This document shows positions 20,178-31,207 of a stretch of DNA of 64,000 bases, in pieces. The stretch spans positions 569,213 to 633,212 of the forward strand of contig CALSQR010000002.1 of assembly GCA_943788505.1 (NCBI GenBank), in the 5' to 3' direction. The stretch's first letter is position 1; the number at the start of each line of letters is the position of its first letter. A model generated the notes under the pieces. It did no database searches, was not told where the DNA came from, and saw only the letters and a program-made list of their open reading frames with translations. The stretch is from an uncultured bacterium (GTDB taxonomy: Bacteria; Bacteroidota; Rhodothermia; Rhodothermales; UBA10348). Made by a program: the position numbers and the translations under genes.

Positions 20178-20660
20178 ATGCGACGTAAAACGCCAACCAT
20201 TCCCTTAGTCGCCTTTCTAGTTGCAGGCCTCCTGGTCTCCGGCTGTCGCGATTATGCGTTCGACCCCGATGGATCAGCATCACCAACGCGGAATGGTCTT
20301 GTTATCGCCCCAGTGGGTATTCCTTTTGAAGTGGCATATGGCCAAAGCGTTGCTCTGGAAGGAACCGAGTTAGCAATCGAATTTTCGTATGTAGCCGAGG
20401 ATAACAGGTGCGCTAGCAATGTAGACTGCGTTCAAGCGGGCCGAGCAGGCGTCGTCCTGACCCTCACTGACAGTCAGAATGTTCGCTATCAACTTGTGGC
20501 ACATATCCCTGGGCTGGTTGCGACCCCATACCAAGTCAATGACTTAATTCAATTCGACGGGCTCCGATTTCAACTGTTGGAGGTAAGTCCATATCCTCTC
20601 AATGGTGTCGAGCGCGAAGTCAAGGATTATTCGGTGCTGCTGTTGGTCGATTCCCTCTGA
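20178..20660 (+). CDS. Hypothetical lipoprotein
   Basis: Signal peptide with a lipobox (LLVSGC); 160 aa. Confidence 0.4.
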   Translation: MRRKTPTIPLVAFLVAGLLVSGCRDYAFDPDGSASPTRNGLVIAPVGIPFEVAYGQSVALEGTELAIEFSYVAEDNRCASNVDCVQAGRAGVVLTLTDSQNVRYQLVAHIPGLVATPYQVNDLIQFDGLRFQLLEVSPYPLNGVEREVKDYSVLLLVDSL

Positions 20661-20834
20661 GACATGAACGTTCAAAGGCGTTTAGACCAGTAGATGCAGG
20701 ATTTATAGATCTAGACGCTTCACGCTGGATAACCAGATGATTCACGGCTTCTTCCCCCTCCCTGATGCCTGCTAGGGCAATTTACTGCGTATTTTTGATG
20801 TTCTGAATCGAATCACCAATCTCACGATACGTCC

Positions 20835-21266
20835 ATGGCCATCGAACGTACCCTTGCCATACTCAAGCCGGACTGCGTCCGCAAAAACCTGATCGGCAAA
20901 GTAGTCGCCCACATCCAGGAAGCTGGCTTCACCGTCCGCGCAATGAAGTTGGTTCAGCTCTCCCGAGCAGAAGCAGAAGGCTTCTATGCTGTTCACAAGG
21001 ACCGCCCGTTCTTCGGTGAGTTAGTTGATTTCATGACATCCGGCCCATGCGTCCCGATCGTCCTCGAAAAAGAGAATGCAGTTGCAGACTACCGCACGCT
21101 TATTGGCGCTACGGATCCTGCAGAAGCAGAAGAGGGTACGATCCGGAAACTGTACGCTGACAACAAGGGCCAGAACATTGTCCACGGATCGGATTCCGTA
21201 GAGAATGGCCGGCTGGAGTCGAACTATTATTTCCCGGAATTCGAAATCATCAACAACGCAGGCTGA
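20835..21266 (+). CDS. ndk: Nucleoside diphosphate kinase
   Basis: [10 protein letters not shown], the active-site His region NIVHGSDS and the YYFPEFE C-terminus. Confidence 0.9.
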   Translation: MAIERTLAILKPDCVRKNLIGKVVAHIQEAGFTVRAMKLVQLSRAEAEGFYAVHKDRPFFGELVDFMTSGPCVPIVLEKENAVADYRTLIGATDPAEAEEGTIRKLYADNKGQNIVHGSDSVENGRLESNYYFPEFEIINNAG

Positions 21267-22542
21267 CCTCGTCACCCTAGTTGCAGCCGTCATCTTGGTA
21301 ACAGGATGGACCGCTTGTGATATTCCCAGTGGCGGAGCGGATCGATCGATCCGCTCCGCCACTGTCGTTCATACCGGTGCTGATGTCCTCGTAGCATCCG
21401 GATTCGAAGCACTTGACGGTATGCAGGTGGGGTTGATTGTAAACCACACCTCACGATCGGGAGAAAATCATCTCATCGACCTGATGGATGCAGCACCCAA
21501 CGTGGAGGTAGGCGCCCTTTTCGGACCGGAGCATGGAATCCGCGGGGATGAAGATGCTGGGGCAGTCATTGATGATGGCGTGGACGATGCAACCGGAGCG
21601 CCTGTCTACAGTCTGTATGGGTCGGTGCGACGCCCAACACCTGACATGATGCAGGGCCTAGATGCCCTCATTTTCGATATTCAGGATGTCGGTTCGCGTT
21701 TCTATACATTCATCTCCACCATGGGTCTCTCGATGCAGTCTGCTGCAGAGGCAGGTGTCCCATTTGTCGTCTTGGATCGGCCCAACCCTCTGGGAGGGGT
21801 CAGGATGGAAGGATTTGTCCGTGACTCTTCCCTCGTTTCCTTCGTCTCACAGTACCCGATCCCAGTCCGTCACGGCCTCACCGTCGGCGAACTCGCACAG
21901 ATGATCCGAGGAGAAGGTTGGATTCCAGGCATAGAAGAGCTCGACCTTCGCGTAATACAGATGTCAGACTGGAACCGGGACATGATGTGGCCTGAGACCG
22001 GATTAGAATGGATTCCCACTAGTCCCAATCTTCCTACCTTCGAATCAGCTCTTATTTATGCTGGAACGTGTTTTATTGAGGCTACGACCGCAAGTGAAGG
22101 ACGTGGCACGCCATTACCTTTCCTCACGATCGGTGCGCCTTGGTTAGATACAGAGGCTTTAGTAAACGACCTAGACCAATGGGAGCCGGAAGGAGTCAGT
22201 TTCAAAGCAGGCTCCATAACTCCAATCAGTATTCCCGGCGCCTCCACGAATCCAAAATGGAAGGATGCAGCTATCCAAACGTTGCAAATTAAGGTGATTC
22301 AGCCGGACTCGGTCCATGCAGTGTCCTTGGGGCTTGATCTAGTGGCGCGTATGTATGCACTCGCTCCCGATTCTGCGAAGGCAGACTTCTTCAATGAGCG
22401 ATGGATGGCTTTGCTTTCTGGTTCTACCCAGACGGTTGACCTGCTGAAAGGCGGAATGGATCAGTCTGCCTTTGAATGGACGTGGCGGGATGATATCGAA
22501 CGCTTTGCTGCGTTACGAACGTCCTACCTGCTCTACGACTAA
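21205..22542 (+). CDS. DUF1343-family protein (NamZ-like exo-beta-N-acetylmuramidase)
   Basis: Contains VNHTS...[10 protein letters not shown] and a lipoprotein-like N-terminus (LVTGWTAC). The track start overlaps ndk by 62 nt, so the true start is probably a non-ATG codon downstream. Confidence 0.6.
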   Translation: MAGWSRTIISRNSKSSTTQADLVTLVAAVILVTGWTACDIPSGGADRSIRSATVVHTGADVLVASGFEALDGMQVGLIVNHTSRSGENHLIDLMDAAPNVEVGALFGPEHGIRGDEDAGAVIDDGVDDATGAPVYSLYGSVRRPTPDMMQGLDALIFDIQDVGSRFYTFISTMGLSMQSAAEAGVPFVVLDRPNPLGGVRMEGFVRDSSLVSFVSQYPIPVRHGLTVGELAQMIRGEGWIPGIEELDLRVIQMSDWNRDMMWPETGLEWIPTSPNLPTFESALIYAGTCFIEATTASEGRGTPLPFLTIGAPWLDTEALVNDLDQWEPEGVSFKAGSITPISIPGASTNPKWKDAAIQTLQIKVIQPDSVHAVSLGLDLVARMYALAPDSAKADFFNERWMALLSGSTQTVDLLKGGMDQSAFEWTWRDDIERFAALRTSYLLYD

Positions 22543-22835
22543 GCGCTTTCAGCTTGCTGGCTTGAAGTAGCCTTAGGGCGCCACAAAATGGCCCAGATGA
22601 TTTCGAGATACCCTCCCAGAATTAGAACGGGAGCGATATACAACGAAATAAATCCATCAACTTGGTTATCCATCCGCATGATCACGTAGCCGCCGATGAT
22701 CATGACAAGCCCGATGATCAGCAGAACGTAGTTTTTCTTCTGAAAAACCATAGCGCTTCGCTTTCGGCCCTGGCGGGAACGCCGCGAAGGGCGGTTGCGG
22801 TTCGATTGTGATTTCCGGTCGGCCATAGCCGTCAT
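22539..22835 (-). CDS. Small membrane protein (2 TM), hypothetical
   Basis: 98 aa with a basic N-terminus followed by two hydrophobic helices. Confidence 0.3.
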   Translation of the reverse strand: MTAMADRKSQSNRNRPSRRSRQGRKRSAMVFQKKNYVLLIIGLVMIIGGYVIMRMDNQVDGFISLYIAPVLILGGYLEIIWAILWRPKATSSQQAESA

Positions 22836-22998
22836 TCAGACTGGTTGCGGAGGAGATTCAATGGGTAATGTCGGGCTTCGCCTGCACGCACTCCCTCGTT
22901 GCCCCTCCAAAACACTCGCCCCAAGTGCAGGTTCCTCTACCAATTTTCTGTTTTTTGCCCCGATCGGGTTCGTAGATTGCGAACCCATCCAATACACC

Positions 22999-23469
22999 AT
23001 GCCTGCATTTCTACGCATTTTCCTGACGGGCCTCGGCATCTTCCTGATCCAATGGCTCATTCTTGGACGTCTCACACTATGGGGCGCCTTCCCTGATGCC
23101 GTATTGCTTTTCGTGGCGTGGCTAGGCGTTCGGAAAGGACGCCAGTGGGGCGCAGTAGGCGGGTTCGTCTTCGGATTCCTGATGGATGCAGTCTATGACA
23201 CGTGGGGACTACATATGCTGGTTAAGACGCTAATTAGCTTCACCCTAGGGCTGTTTCCCAGTTCAGAACGGGAAGGCCTGCTGATCCTTCCAAGACAGGC
23301 TTTGCTGGGTGGCTTAGTGGTTGCGTTGGTCCATAACGGCATTTTTGTGACGATGCTAGCTCTTCAAGCTGGAGCCCGAAACGCCTTCTTGGTTACTGGA
23401 CTGTGGATTGGCTCGGCCATCTACACCGCCTTCCTAGGCACGTTTACATCGCTTTTTTCCTATCGTTGA
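22999..23469 (+). CDS. MreD-like rod-shape membrane protein
   Basis: Start set at MPAFLRIF. Multi-TM protein with a ...GFLMDAVYDTWGLHML... pattern typical of MreD. No mreBC is adjacent. Confidence 0.45.
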   Translation: MPAFLRIFLTGLGIFLIQWLILGRLTLWGAFPDAVLLFVAWLGVRKGRQWGAVGGFVFGFLMDAVYDTWGLHMLVKTLISFTLGLFPSSEREGLLILPRQALLGGLVVALVHNGIFVTMLALQAGARNAFLVTGLWIGSAIYTAFLGTFTSLFSYR

Positions 23470-23645
23470 TGGTTACCGGTTTATGGAAAGGCGTTCAACT
23501 GCCTCGAATGGCCCTCATCTCGTGAATTGATCGTGGATCGACTGACCCTACCCAAGTAGACAGTTGCCTTCCGCCCGTGAAAGAGTGTATTTTTGCGGCT
23601 TGCTTCCCAAGTTTGGCCCTTCGTCGGCCATCCTATGAGGTATCT

Positions 23646-23718
23646 GGGGCTATAGCTCAGCTGGTAGAGCGCTTGAATGGCATTCAAGAGGTCAGCGGTT
23701 CGACTCCGCTTAGCTCCA
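23646..23718 (+). tRNA. tRNA-Ala (anticodon GGC)
   Basis: Cloverleaf GGGGCTA-TA-GCTCAGCTGGTAGAGC-G-CTTGA-ATGGCAT-TCAAG-AGGTC-AGCGGTTCGACTCCGCT-TAGCTCC-A, with a G3:U70 pair. CCA is not encoded. Confidence 0.9.
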
Positions 23719-23723
23719 CATTT

Positions 23724-23763
23724 TGATCCCGCATCAGAATTGATCCCGCATCAAAATTGATTC
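23724..23763. repeat. Tandem 17-bp direct repeat (2.3 copies) immediately 3' of tRNA-Ala
   Basis: tgatcccgcatcagaat / tgatcccgcatcaaaat / tgattc. Confidence 0.5.
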
Positions 23764-24065
23764 TGCCTTGGTAACCCTAACCTGCTGACTAACAGCGAGT
23801 TGGGGTTTTTTACTATCAGAAGATCGTGGTGAGTAACAACTCATCGTGTACGCTCCGTATGGGGTCCTCAACAAATACTACCGCTTGCGCCCAGACGCCA
23901 TGCTATGAGTATCTTAGTCCACTTCAAGTGCGTTGCGCAGGTGTCGTTAGCCGTCTTGCCGCACCACAAACATCTGCGTTGCGAGGGCAAACGTCAATTC
24001 TAAGCGCCCTTACCCCGTGCATTTGTTGATGGGAGATGGTATTGTACGATCGAACCTAGCACATC

Positions 24066-24602
24066 GTGGCAAATCCATCACATATCGCACAACTGGACCA
24101 GGGCATTTTGTCCTGGAACCAATGGAGAGAAGCACATCCTGATGTGGTCCCGGATTTGACCGGAGCTGACCTCACGGGGCGGATGCTGCAAGGGATTAAT
24201 TTATCCGGTGCTAACCTCAAGGGAACGCTCTTTACAGTCGCTGAGCTAGAAAAAGCGAATCTCGACCGCGCTGACCTGAGTGGAGGTAACCTTACCGGTG
24301 CGGATCTAAGCCAATTGACGGCCCGATCTGCCATTTTTATTGGTGTTGACCTGAGCTATGCCACTCTAACTTTTGCGGACTTCTCCAATTCCGACTTCAC
24401 CGGATGCCGATTCTCCGAGGCTATTCTGTTTAACACGGTGCTCAAGAATGCTAAAATGATCGGAACGCATTTCCGAGAAACCATTCTAACCGGCTGTGAC
24501 TGCTCTGGGGCTATTTTTACTGACGCCCATCTGATCGATGTGAGCATCGAAGGGGCGATCATGCCAATTGACATGCCCAAGATTTACCGCTCGGAAGACT
24601 GA
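24066..24602 (+). CDS. Pentapeptide-repeat protein
   Basis: Repeating A(D/N)L(S/T)G pentapeptides (ADLTGADLTG..., ANLKGT, ADLSGGNLTGADLSQ). Confidence 0.75.
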   Translation: MANPSHIAQLDQGILSWNQWREAHPDVVPDLTGADLTGRMLQGINLSGANLKGTLFTVAELEKANLDRADLSGGNLTGADLSQLTARSAIFIGVDLSYATLTFADFSNSDFTGCRFSEAILFNTVLKNAKMIGTHFRETILTGCDCSGAIFTDAHLIDVSIEGAIMPIDMPKIYRSED

Positions 24603-24655
24603 GCTCGTCACCTGTCTGAGACGAATGGATAGCGATAGGAAAGGCCTGTTACCGG

Positions 24656-26878
24656 TTAACGAATGAACGTATAGGTGTATTTCAGCAGGACGGTCCGATT
24701 GCGGGAAACGGGCAATGCCGGTGACTCCCGGAAACGATCAGAATTAAGGTTTTCCGTATACACGATCCAAAGATCATTGCCTTCTGCCATATTGTAACGG
24801 AACCGCACATTTGACGCAATAATATTGGATGATGTGTTGTACTGAACGAACGAATTGAGTGCCAACTTAGTGTTCAGCCCTATCTGGCTGCGTACTCCGA
24901 CCAAATGGATGTTTGCCGTTTGATCCCTATCCGGAAATTCAAGCCGTGTAAACTGGTAGCTCCCTGCTAGTTCAAGAAATCTATTTACGTTCCATGTCGG
25001 GTCGAACGAAATACCATAGCGCCAACCATCAAAAAATGAACCGGCATCAACAGATGTACTTCCTCTGAATAGGCTCCCATCAGCCATTGAATACCTAGCC
25101 TCCCATTCGACATATTCATGACGCCCCGCAGGAACGGATGTGTTTCCCGGAAATGAGAGTGGTTCGAGCAAATCCTCGATCAGAAAATTAGCACTGGATC
25201 TCGCGGACGCACCTGTTTTGAAATCAAAATCCCAGCTTGCTCCTGCGCGCAACGATTCGAGCGAACCGTCCTCATTTCTGAGGTAGATACTGCCGTAGGT
25301 GGACCCGTCATGAGTCTTCAACGCTGCTTCGTCCGAAAGCAACCAGCCATACTGAACGTCCCATGAGTACTGAGTAAAGTCTGTTCGCTGAACGAAACCA
25401 ATTCCCGGATTAAAGTCACGCCCAGAACGCGTTACCCCGGAGCGATAGGACCAACCAATATCTGTGCGGCGCTGTAACTGAGCCGAAGCAAAAGAGGCAT
25501 CGACGAAATCGAACCCATTCGCATCAATTAGATCATCATCAAAGGTCTGCGAAAACTTCAGATCCAGATATTCGAATCCACCCAATTTGAATGTACCGTC
25601 GGTACCATAGGCAAAATTCCACGACCCGTCATCGCCCAGCCGACTTGTGGCAAGAACACCTGCGAAAGACTTATCATTCACTACCCGGCGACGCAATCGG
25701 ACCACACCAAAGTTCTCTGAAGGCTCTCCGCCGGAAGCTTCGGTCTGCATATCAATCACGCCTAGGTCCCACATACCAACGCGTCCCACCACACGACCAC
25801 CGCCAAGAATTCGCACGGTTCCGCCGTCGTTGATGCCGATTTGTCTACTGTGAAAAAGGCGGTCCCTACGTCCTGTAGAAAATTCAAACAAGCCCGATCG
25901 TTCTTGAAAAAATTGCCTTTTCTCGGGGAAAAACAGGGAAAATCGTGATAAATTAACCTGCTGATCATCAGCCTCTACTTGGGCAAAATCTGTATTGATC
26001 GTCCCGTCGAAGGTCAGATTACTGTTGAAAGCATACTTAAAGTCCAATCCGGCCTGCCTAGTCAGATCGTTGGAGAACTCATAGTCTGTTTCAGCTTCAT
26101 TCAGTGAGTTCACACCCGTGCTACCGCCGGTTACGTACGGTGTCACGTAAAAGGGCTTCTGACTTTCAATGCCCTCAAGCATAACTTTTGCTGCTTGAGA
26201 GGGCTTCGCAAAACCCAAGCTCCAGTTCGGCGGAATGAGTGGATAGATCTGCCGCTCGCTTTTGCGTGAGATGTAACGATAGGCAATCATGCCCATCACC
26301 ACTTGCCCGTTCTCCTCTTGGAAAGAAAGACTAGAAAAAGGGATCCGCATTTCAGCAAACCACCCCTCCTCATTTCGTACCGTTTTGACATCCCAAAATG
26401 TATTCCATGAACTGTTGATGGCTCCTCCACCGAAGGATCCACCTCCATAGCCATTAGCATCGTCTGAAATGGCATAGTCAAACCGTACACCCGTTGGCGA
26501 AGTGTAAAACCAAAGCGCATTCTCGTTGTCATTAAACGAATCTAACACAATGGCAAAGGTGTCATCGCCCGAATATCTGTCCCGGTAGAGCGTGTTAGCG
26601 CGTATTTGATCTGGTTCGGAGTCGTACATCCTGCCGCCTACGTATATGAAATCATTGTCGTAGGCCACTCGTATCTCGGTACGCTCTGTCATCTGCCCAC
26701 CCGAAACGGGCTCGTACATCTGAAGAGGCAAAGGCTCTATAGCCTGCCAAGCCGCTTCGTCGGGCATTCCATCTAAATCGATAGGCCCAGCGAGACGAGA
26801 AAGTAAGGTTGGGACTTGGGCCTGAGCCGCTCCAGTCACTAGTAGGAACAGCAGCAAGAAGCCAAAAATACGGGACAT
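24656..26878 (-). CDS. Large secreted/outer-membrane protein, DUF5916/CBM9-like
   Basis: Signal peptide (start moved to MSRIFGFLLLFLLVTGAAQAQ) followed by ~730 aa of beta-rich sequence with an aromatic C-terminus. The family assignment is tentative. Confidence 0.4.
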   Translation of the reverse strand: MSRIFGFLLLFLLVTGAAQAQVPTLLSRLAGPIDLDGMPDEAAWQAIEPLPLQMYEPVSGGQMTERTEIRVAYDNDFIYVGGRMYDSEPDQIRANTLYRDRYSGDDTFAIVLDSFNDNENALWFYTSPTGVRFDYAISDDANGYGGGSFGGGAINSSWNTFWDVKTVRNEEGWFAEMRIPFSSLSFQEENGQVVMGMIAYRYISRKSERQIYPLIPPNWSLGFAKPSQAAKVMLEGIESQKPFYVTPYVTGGSTGVNSLNEAETDYEFSNDLTRQAGLDFKYAFNSNLTFDGTINTDFAQVEADDQQVNLSRFSLFFPEKRQFFQERSGLFEFSTGRRDRLFHSRQIGINDGGTVRILGGGRVVGRVGMWDLGVIDMQTEASGGEPSENFGVVRLRRRVVNDKSFAGVLATSRLGDDGSWNFAYGTDGTFKLGGFEYLDLKFSQTFDDDLIDANGFDFVDASFASAQLQRRTDIGWSYRSGVTRSGRDFNPGIGFVQRTDFTQYSWDVQYGWLLSDEAALKTHDGSTYGSIYLRNEDGSLESLRAGASWDFDFKTGASARSSANFLIEDLLEPLSFPGNTSVPAGRHEYVEWEARYSMADGSLFRGSTSVDAGSFFDGWRYGISFDPTWNVNRFLELAGSYQFTRLEFPDRDQTANIHLVGVRSQIGLNTKLALNSFVQYNTSSNIIASNVRFRYNMAEGNDLWIVYTENLNSDRFRESPALPVSRNRTVLLKYTYTFIR

Positions 26879-26889
26879 GGTGAAGGGTA

Positions 26890-28110
26890 TCAGTAAACAG
26901 CGATGGAAGGATCGATTTCGCGGGCCCAAGCAATGATGCCGCCAGCGAGATTATTTACATCGGTATAGCCCTGTTGTAGCATCCAAGAAACAACGGATGC
27001 CGAACGGGCCCCAGAACGACACATGACAACAATTCTAGCGTCGCGGTCCGGAGCAACTTCTGAAAGACGTGAGGCTATTTCTCCCATTGGCACCAGAGTG
27101 CCTCCTAGATCAGCAATAGTCAATTCTTCCGGCTGACGGACGTCCAGAAGTAGAAACTTCTCTTCCATTTGCTGCATGGAATGAAGCTGCTTCACGGATA
27201 CTTCCGGAATGCGGGGAGAAAAGAACATATTTTTGGTTTTGGGTGGGTTGATGCCGCCGAACGCTGTACCCTCCCCAACGGATCCCGAAGCGGGCTCAGA
27301 GCCTGCCTTTGAGCCCATAGAGGAACAGAACAGATCGTAGTCAATCAATGATGTCTGTGTTGGACGGTCTCCGCAGACAGCACATTCCGGATCGCGCGGA
27401 ACGCGAAGGGTGCGCATGTCCATGGTCAGCGCATCCACCATTAGGAGCTTGCCAGCGAGGGTCTCTCCCATTGAGGTAATTGATTTAATCACCTCGTTCG
27501 CTTGCAACGTACCTACGATACCAGGAAGAACGCCCAGAACCCCACCCTCTGCGCACGATGGAACGCTACCAGGCGGAGGTGGCTCAGGAAAAAGACACCG
27601 GTAACACGGCCCTCCCTCGGTTCCAAAGACCGATACTTGTCCATCAAATCGGAAGATGGAAGCATATACATTCGGTCGGCCAACGAAGACGCACGCATCG
27701 TTGACGAGATACCTCGTAGCAAAATTATCCGTGCCATCAGCCACGATATCATACCGCTCTATGATCTCCATGGCATTATCCGAGGTGAGTCTGAAGGGGT
27801 ATACCTCCAAGTCGATGAGCGGGTTGATGTCGCTCAACCGATCTCGTGCCGCTTCAACTTTTAATCGCCCCTCGTCCGATGATCCGAAAAGGATCTGGCG
27901 ATGCAGGTTACTTCGGTCTACAACGTCATCATCCACAATCCCAATACGACCAACTCCAGCAGCAGCTAGATAGAGAAGCACAGGAGAACCTAACCCCCCA
28001 GCGCCCACCACAAGAACGGAAGCATTCTTCAGGCGCAACTGTCCTTCTTCTCCCAGTTGAGGAAGCATCACGTGGCGGCTGTATCGGGTACGTTCTTCTG
28101 GAGTAAGCAT
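26890..28110 (-). CDS. Molybdopterin/thiamine-synthase adenylyltransferase MoeZ/MoeB-ThiF with C-terminal rhodanese domain
   Basis: RYSRHVMLPQLGEEGQ, a GAGGLGSP Rossmann motif, two CxxC pairs (CYRC, CAVC) and a C-terminal rhodanese with MCRSG. The start was moved to MLTPEE. Confidence 0.8.
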   Translation of the reverse strand: MLTPEERTRYSRHVMLPQLGEEGQLRLKNASVLVVGAGGLGSPVLLYLAAAGVGRIGIVDDDVVDRSNLHRQILFGSSDEGRLKVEAARDRLSDINPLIDLEVYPFRLTSDNAMEIIERYDIVADGTDNFATRYLVNDACVFVGRPNVYASIFRFDGQVSVFGTEGGPCYRCLFPEPPPPGSVPSCAEGGVLGVLPGIVGTLQANEVIKSITSMGETLAGKLLMVDALTMDMRTLRVPRDPECAVCGDRPTQTSLIDYDLFCSSMGSKAGSEPASGSVGEGTAFGGINPPKTKNMFFSPRIPEVSVKQLHSMQQMEEKFLLLDVRQPEELTIADLGGTLVPMGEIASRLSEVAPDRDARIVVMCRSGARSASVVSWMLQQGYTDVNNLAGGIIAWAREIDPSIAVY

Positions 28111-28239
28111 CGGTCGATAAGCTGACGATCTATGTTTGGTCTTGACTGCGTATTTGGCGATACTTCCATGACTTGCATCCTGCTCTATCAGAGCGGATTG
28201 CTTCAACGATTGCCTTTCAATTTGGTCCCGACCAGCCCC

Positions 28240-29406
28240 ATGACGGATTCCATTTATATCATCGGCGCACTGAGTGCCGTCATTTTCTTGACTGAACTAC
28301 TCGTCCGGAAGACGTGGATGAAACACCTGGGCACTGCGATCCTGGTAATTGTTTTCACTGCGGTCCTAGCGAACCTTGGACTACTCCCAACGGGGTCAAC
28401 GGCGGATAACCCCGTTCCTGCATACGACTTCATTTTTAGCACAATTGCTCCGCTGGCAATTTTTTGGTTGCTCTTGCCTGTCAATTTGCGGGACATCTTG
28501 AAAGCCGGAAAAAAGCTGATTTTATTCTTCCTTTTCGGTTCGATGGCCACGGCAGTAGGTGTCTTCGTCGGGATGTGGGTTATCGACGGAGCAGAGACTA
28601 TTGGCCCCCTCTATAATGCATTGGGCGGCATGTTTGTCGGCACCTACACAGGTGGAAGCGTGAATTTCAACTCCATTGGCCTCCATTACAACATGATGCA
28701 GGAGGGCGTGCTCTACGGTGGGGCCATCGTTGTAGACAATATCATCACAACGTTCTGGATGATTACAACGCTCTCCATTCCCAAGCTTCTCTCCCATGTA
28801 TGGCCGAAGCGAACGGGCCAGGAAGTCTCCGACTACATGGGGGAAGTGACTATGGGCATCGAAGAAGATTCTGAAACGATCCACCCTATCGACCTGGGTA
28901 TCCTTCTTGCACTTGGTTTGGGTTCTGTCTGGCTATCAGAGCAAATCGGCATGTTTATGCCATCAATTCCAACGGCGCTTATCCTGACAGTGATCGCTCT
29001 AATCCTAGCACAGGTGCCTCAAATTTCTAAGCTGCCAGGCCTCAAAGTACTCGGTATGTTTGCCGTGTATCTCTTCCTGTGTGTGATTGGTGCATATTGT
29101 GATTTAGCCGCCTTAGGACAGTTGGGATCACTCGGAGTCTCACTCCTCATATTCACGGCCGTAACGGTCACCATCCACGGTATTCTCGTCTACGGTTTGG
29201 CTTATGTCATGAAAGTGAACCCTGTAATTGCCTCCATTGCCTCTCAGGCCAATGTGGGTGGTGGTACCTCTGCACTTGCCCTCGCTCGCAGTTTCGGCAG
29301 AGAAGATCTTGTCTTGCCGTCCATCCTGATTGGATCGTTGGGATATGCCGTGGGCACCTTCCTAGGGTTCTGGGTCGCAGAAAGCTGGCTTCCGCTGTTA
29401 GGTTAA
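28240..29406 (+). CDS. Integral membrane protein (about 10 TM; DUF819-like)
   Basis: Highly hydrophobic throughout. The start is ambiguous: 28132 is the track start and 28240 the preferred one. Confidence 0.4.
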   Translation: MTDSIYIIGALSAVIFLTELLVRKTWMKHLGTAILVIVFTAVLANLGLLPTGSTADNPVPAYDFIFSTIAPLAIFWLLLPVNLRDILKAGKKLILFFLFGSMATAVGVFVGMWVIDGAETIGPLYNALGGMFVGTYTGGSVNFNSIGLHYNMMQEGVLYGGAIVVDNIITTFWMITTLSIPKLLSHVWPKRTGQEVSDYMGEVTMGIEEDSETIHPIDLGILLALGLGSVWLSEQIGMFMPSIPTALILTVIALILAQVPQISKLPGLKVLGMFAVYLFLCVIGAYCDLAALGQLGSLGVSLLIFTAVTVTIHGILVYGLAYVMKVNPVIASIASQANVGGGTSALALARSFGREDLVLPSILIGSLGYAVGTFLGFWVAESWLPLLG

Positions 29407-29414
29407 ACCCCGAC

Positions 29415-30287
29415 TCAAAGACCAAAGAAGTCTACTATTTCTTCGGCCGCGAATTTGGGCCATTGATGGCCGCCTTGCCTGATTTCATCAAGTCGTAGCT
29501 TTGACCCCTCTCTACAAGATGAAACGGTGCGCACCGTTCGCGAGACACTGTGGGTCGTCTTTGTCTCTTGCGCAATACCTACCTCGGTACAGTCCGATAC
29601 GCTGCGCCAGAAAAAGAACGTGTCGAGCACGCTAAGTGTGGCGTAGAGGCCGCTTGGAACACCTGTCCACGGAAGCACATCATCATTTTCCCCGTGCATC
29701 ATCATGATGTCCTGCCTTCCAGTGGGGTCACAAATCGTTGCCACGGGGATGGACATCATGCCAGCTACCATAGCGGATCCAGCAAACACATCACTCCGCT
29801 CGCAAGCGAGTCGATGGGTAAATAGGGCGCCTTGCGAATAGCCGATTGCATAAATCTTGCTGGTGTCAACATTGAAATCTTGGTCTACCCGCTCAATCAG
29901 CTCGTCGACAAATCCGACATCATCCACACCGTCGATATCAGGGCGCGTGCAATTGCAGCCTTCGGCCCAATTTGGCCCACTCGCAGAAGGATAAGCCACT
30001 AAGAAATTTCGATTGTCAGCTTCCCTGTCAAGTCTCGCAAATTCCTGAAAGCCGGGACCAGAATCACCCGCGCCGTGAAACGCTATCACGAGCGGCATGC
30101 TCGCATCGGCTGAGGCAGACGAAGGAGTATAAAGTTCGAAAAACCGATTGCCGCCATCGACCAAGACACTGTGCCGAACCGTCTGAGCTGAGTCACCATT
30201 GGCGTCACATCCAGACATGGCGATGCACAATGTCAGCACCATCAAGCGCAGTGAAAAAAAATCAAATGACGATAGGGGCGACGGCAT
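29415..30287 (-). CDS. Secreted alpha/beta-hydrolase esterase (PHB-depolymerase/feruloyl-esterase-like), lipoprotein
   Basis: Signal peptide with a lipobox (MSGC). AFHGAGDSG oxyanion region and GYSQGA nucleophile elbow. Confidence 0.6.
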   Translation of the reverse strand: MPSPLSSFDFFSLRLMVLTLCIAMSGCDANGDSAQTVRHSVLVDGGNRFFELYTPSSASADASMPLVIAFHGAGDSGPGFQEFARLDREADNRNFLVAYPSASGPNWAEGCNCTRPDIDGVDDVGFVDELIERVDQDFNVDTSKIYAIGYSQGALFTHRLACERSDVFAGSAMVAGMMSIPVATICDPTGRQDIMMMHGENDDVLPWTGVPSGLYATLSVLDTFFFWRSVSDCTEVGIAQETKTTHSVSRTVRTVSSCREGSKLRLDEIRQGGHQWPKFAAEEIVDFFGL

Positions 30288-30399
30288 ACGTTGTTGGGCG
30301 AGTAGTTTACAGCGAGATCATTCTAGGAAAAGTCAGTACAGGAAAAGATTACGCTCTGTCGGGAATGTTACGCATGAACTGGCCAACCAAAACAGGTAT

Positions 30400-30586
30400 T
30401 TCCATTTCCACAAAACACGAGCACCATAACCCGCCTTTCTTATTATATAAGGCATATATTTTTTCACTATAATTTATTTAGGCTTAATGGGGGTTATCTA
30501 TTATTGTTTTACCAACCGCCAATTTTGGTCCTGCAACCTAACGATTCGAGGATCGTACCGGTAATAGATTTCACGGAGGACGTCTC
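30400..30586 (+). promoter_or_regulatory. AT-rich putative promoter region upstream of the NfeD-flotillin operon
   Basis: Locally very AT-rich (ttattatataaggcatatattttttcactataatttattt) within otherwise ~55% GC DNA. Confidence 0.25.
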
Positions 30587-31207
30587 ATGGATTCAGTTTA
30601 TCTCATCAGCCTGATTGTTGGAGGCTTTTTCGTCCTTTTGTCCATCTTCGGAAGTGGAGAAAACGGGTCCGATTCGGATCACGACTTCGATGCCGATCAC
30701 GATATGGACTTGGGCGGTGATGTTGACGTAGATCATGATGTCGATTTTTCCAGCGATGCCGACCACGATTTTGGAGACGTTGCCAGCGGAGGCCCCGATT
30801 TTGTTGACCTATTCAGCATTCGCGCTCTATTCCTTTTTGCTGCTTTTTTTGGATTGACAGGCGTAGTCCTTGGCGCCACCGGTACGGCAGAACCCTTCGT
30901 AGCGCTTCTTTCGACATCAACGGGCCTTCTCGTCGGGCTTGGAGGCAATTGGATCATCAAGCGTTTTGCCTACGCCCAAGTTTCCAGTCTCGTAACCCCC
31001 GAATTTCTCAAGGGAAGAACGGCCCGCGTGGTCCTTCCTATAGAAGCTGAGCGCAACGGCAAGATCATTTTGGAAACGGGAGGCAGAAAGCTGCAGCTTA
31101 CCGCTCGTCTTTTTGAACCCGAACAAATGGAAGCCCTCAAAACGGGGGAAGAAGTGGTCGTACTGCGCATGGATGGGCGAATAGCCGAGGTGATTCGTCC
31201 AGATTAA
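30587..31207 (+). CDS. NfeD/YqiJ-like membrane protein with Asp/His-rich N-terminal repeat region and C-terminal OB-fold
   Basis: N-terminal TM helix, then DSDHDFDADHDMDLGGDVDVDHDVDFSSDADHDFGD, a second TM region and a C-terminal beta-rich ~60 aa. It is paired with the downstream flotillin gene. Confidence 0.6.
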   Translation: MDSVYLISLIVGGFFVLLSIFGSGENGSDSDHDFDADHDMDLGGDVDVDHDVDFSSDADHDFGDVASGGPDFVDLFSIRALFLFAAFFGLTGVVLGATGTAEPFVALLSTSTGLLVGLGGNWIIKRFAYAQVSSLVTPEFLKGRTARVVLPIEAERNGKIILETGGRKLQLTARLFEPEQMEALKTGEEVVVLRMDGRIAEVIRPD

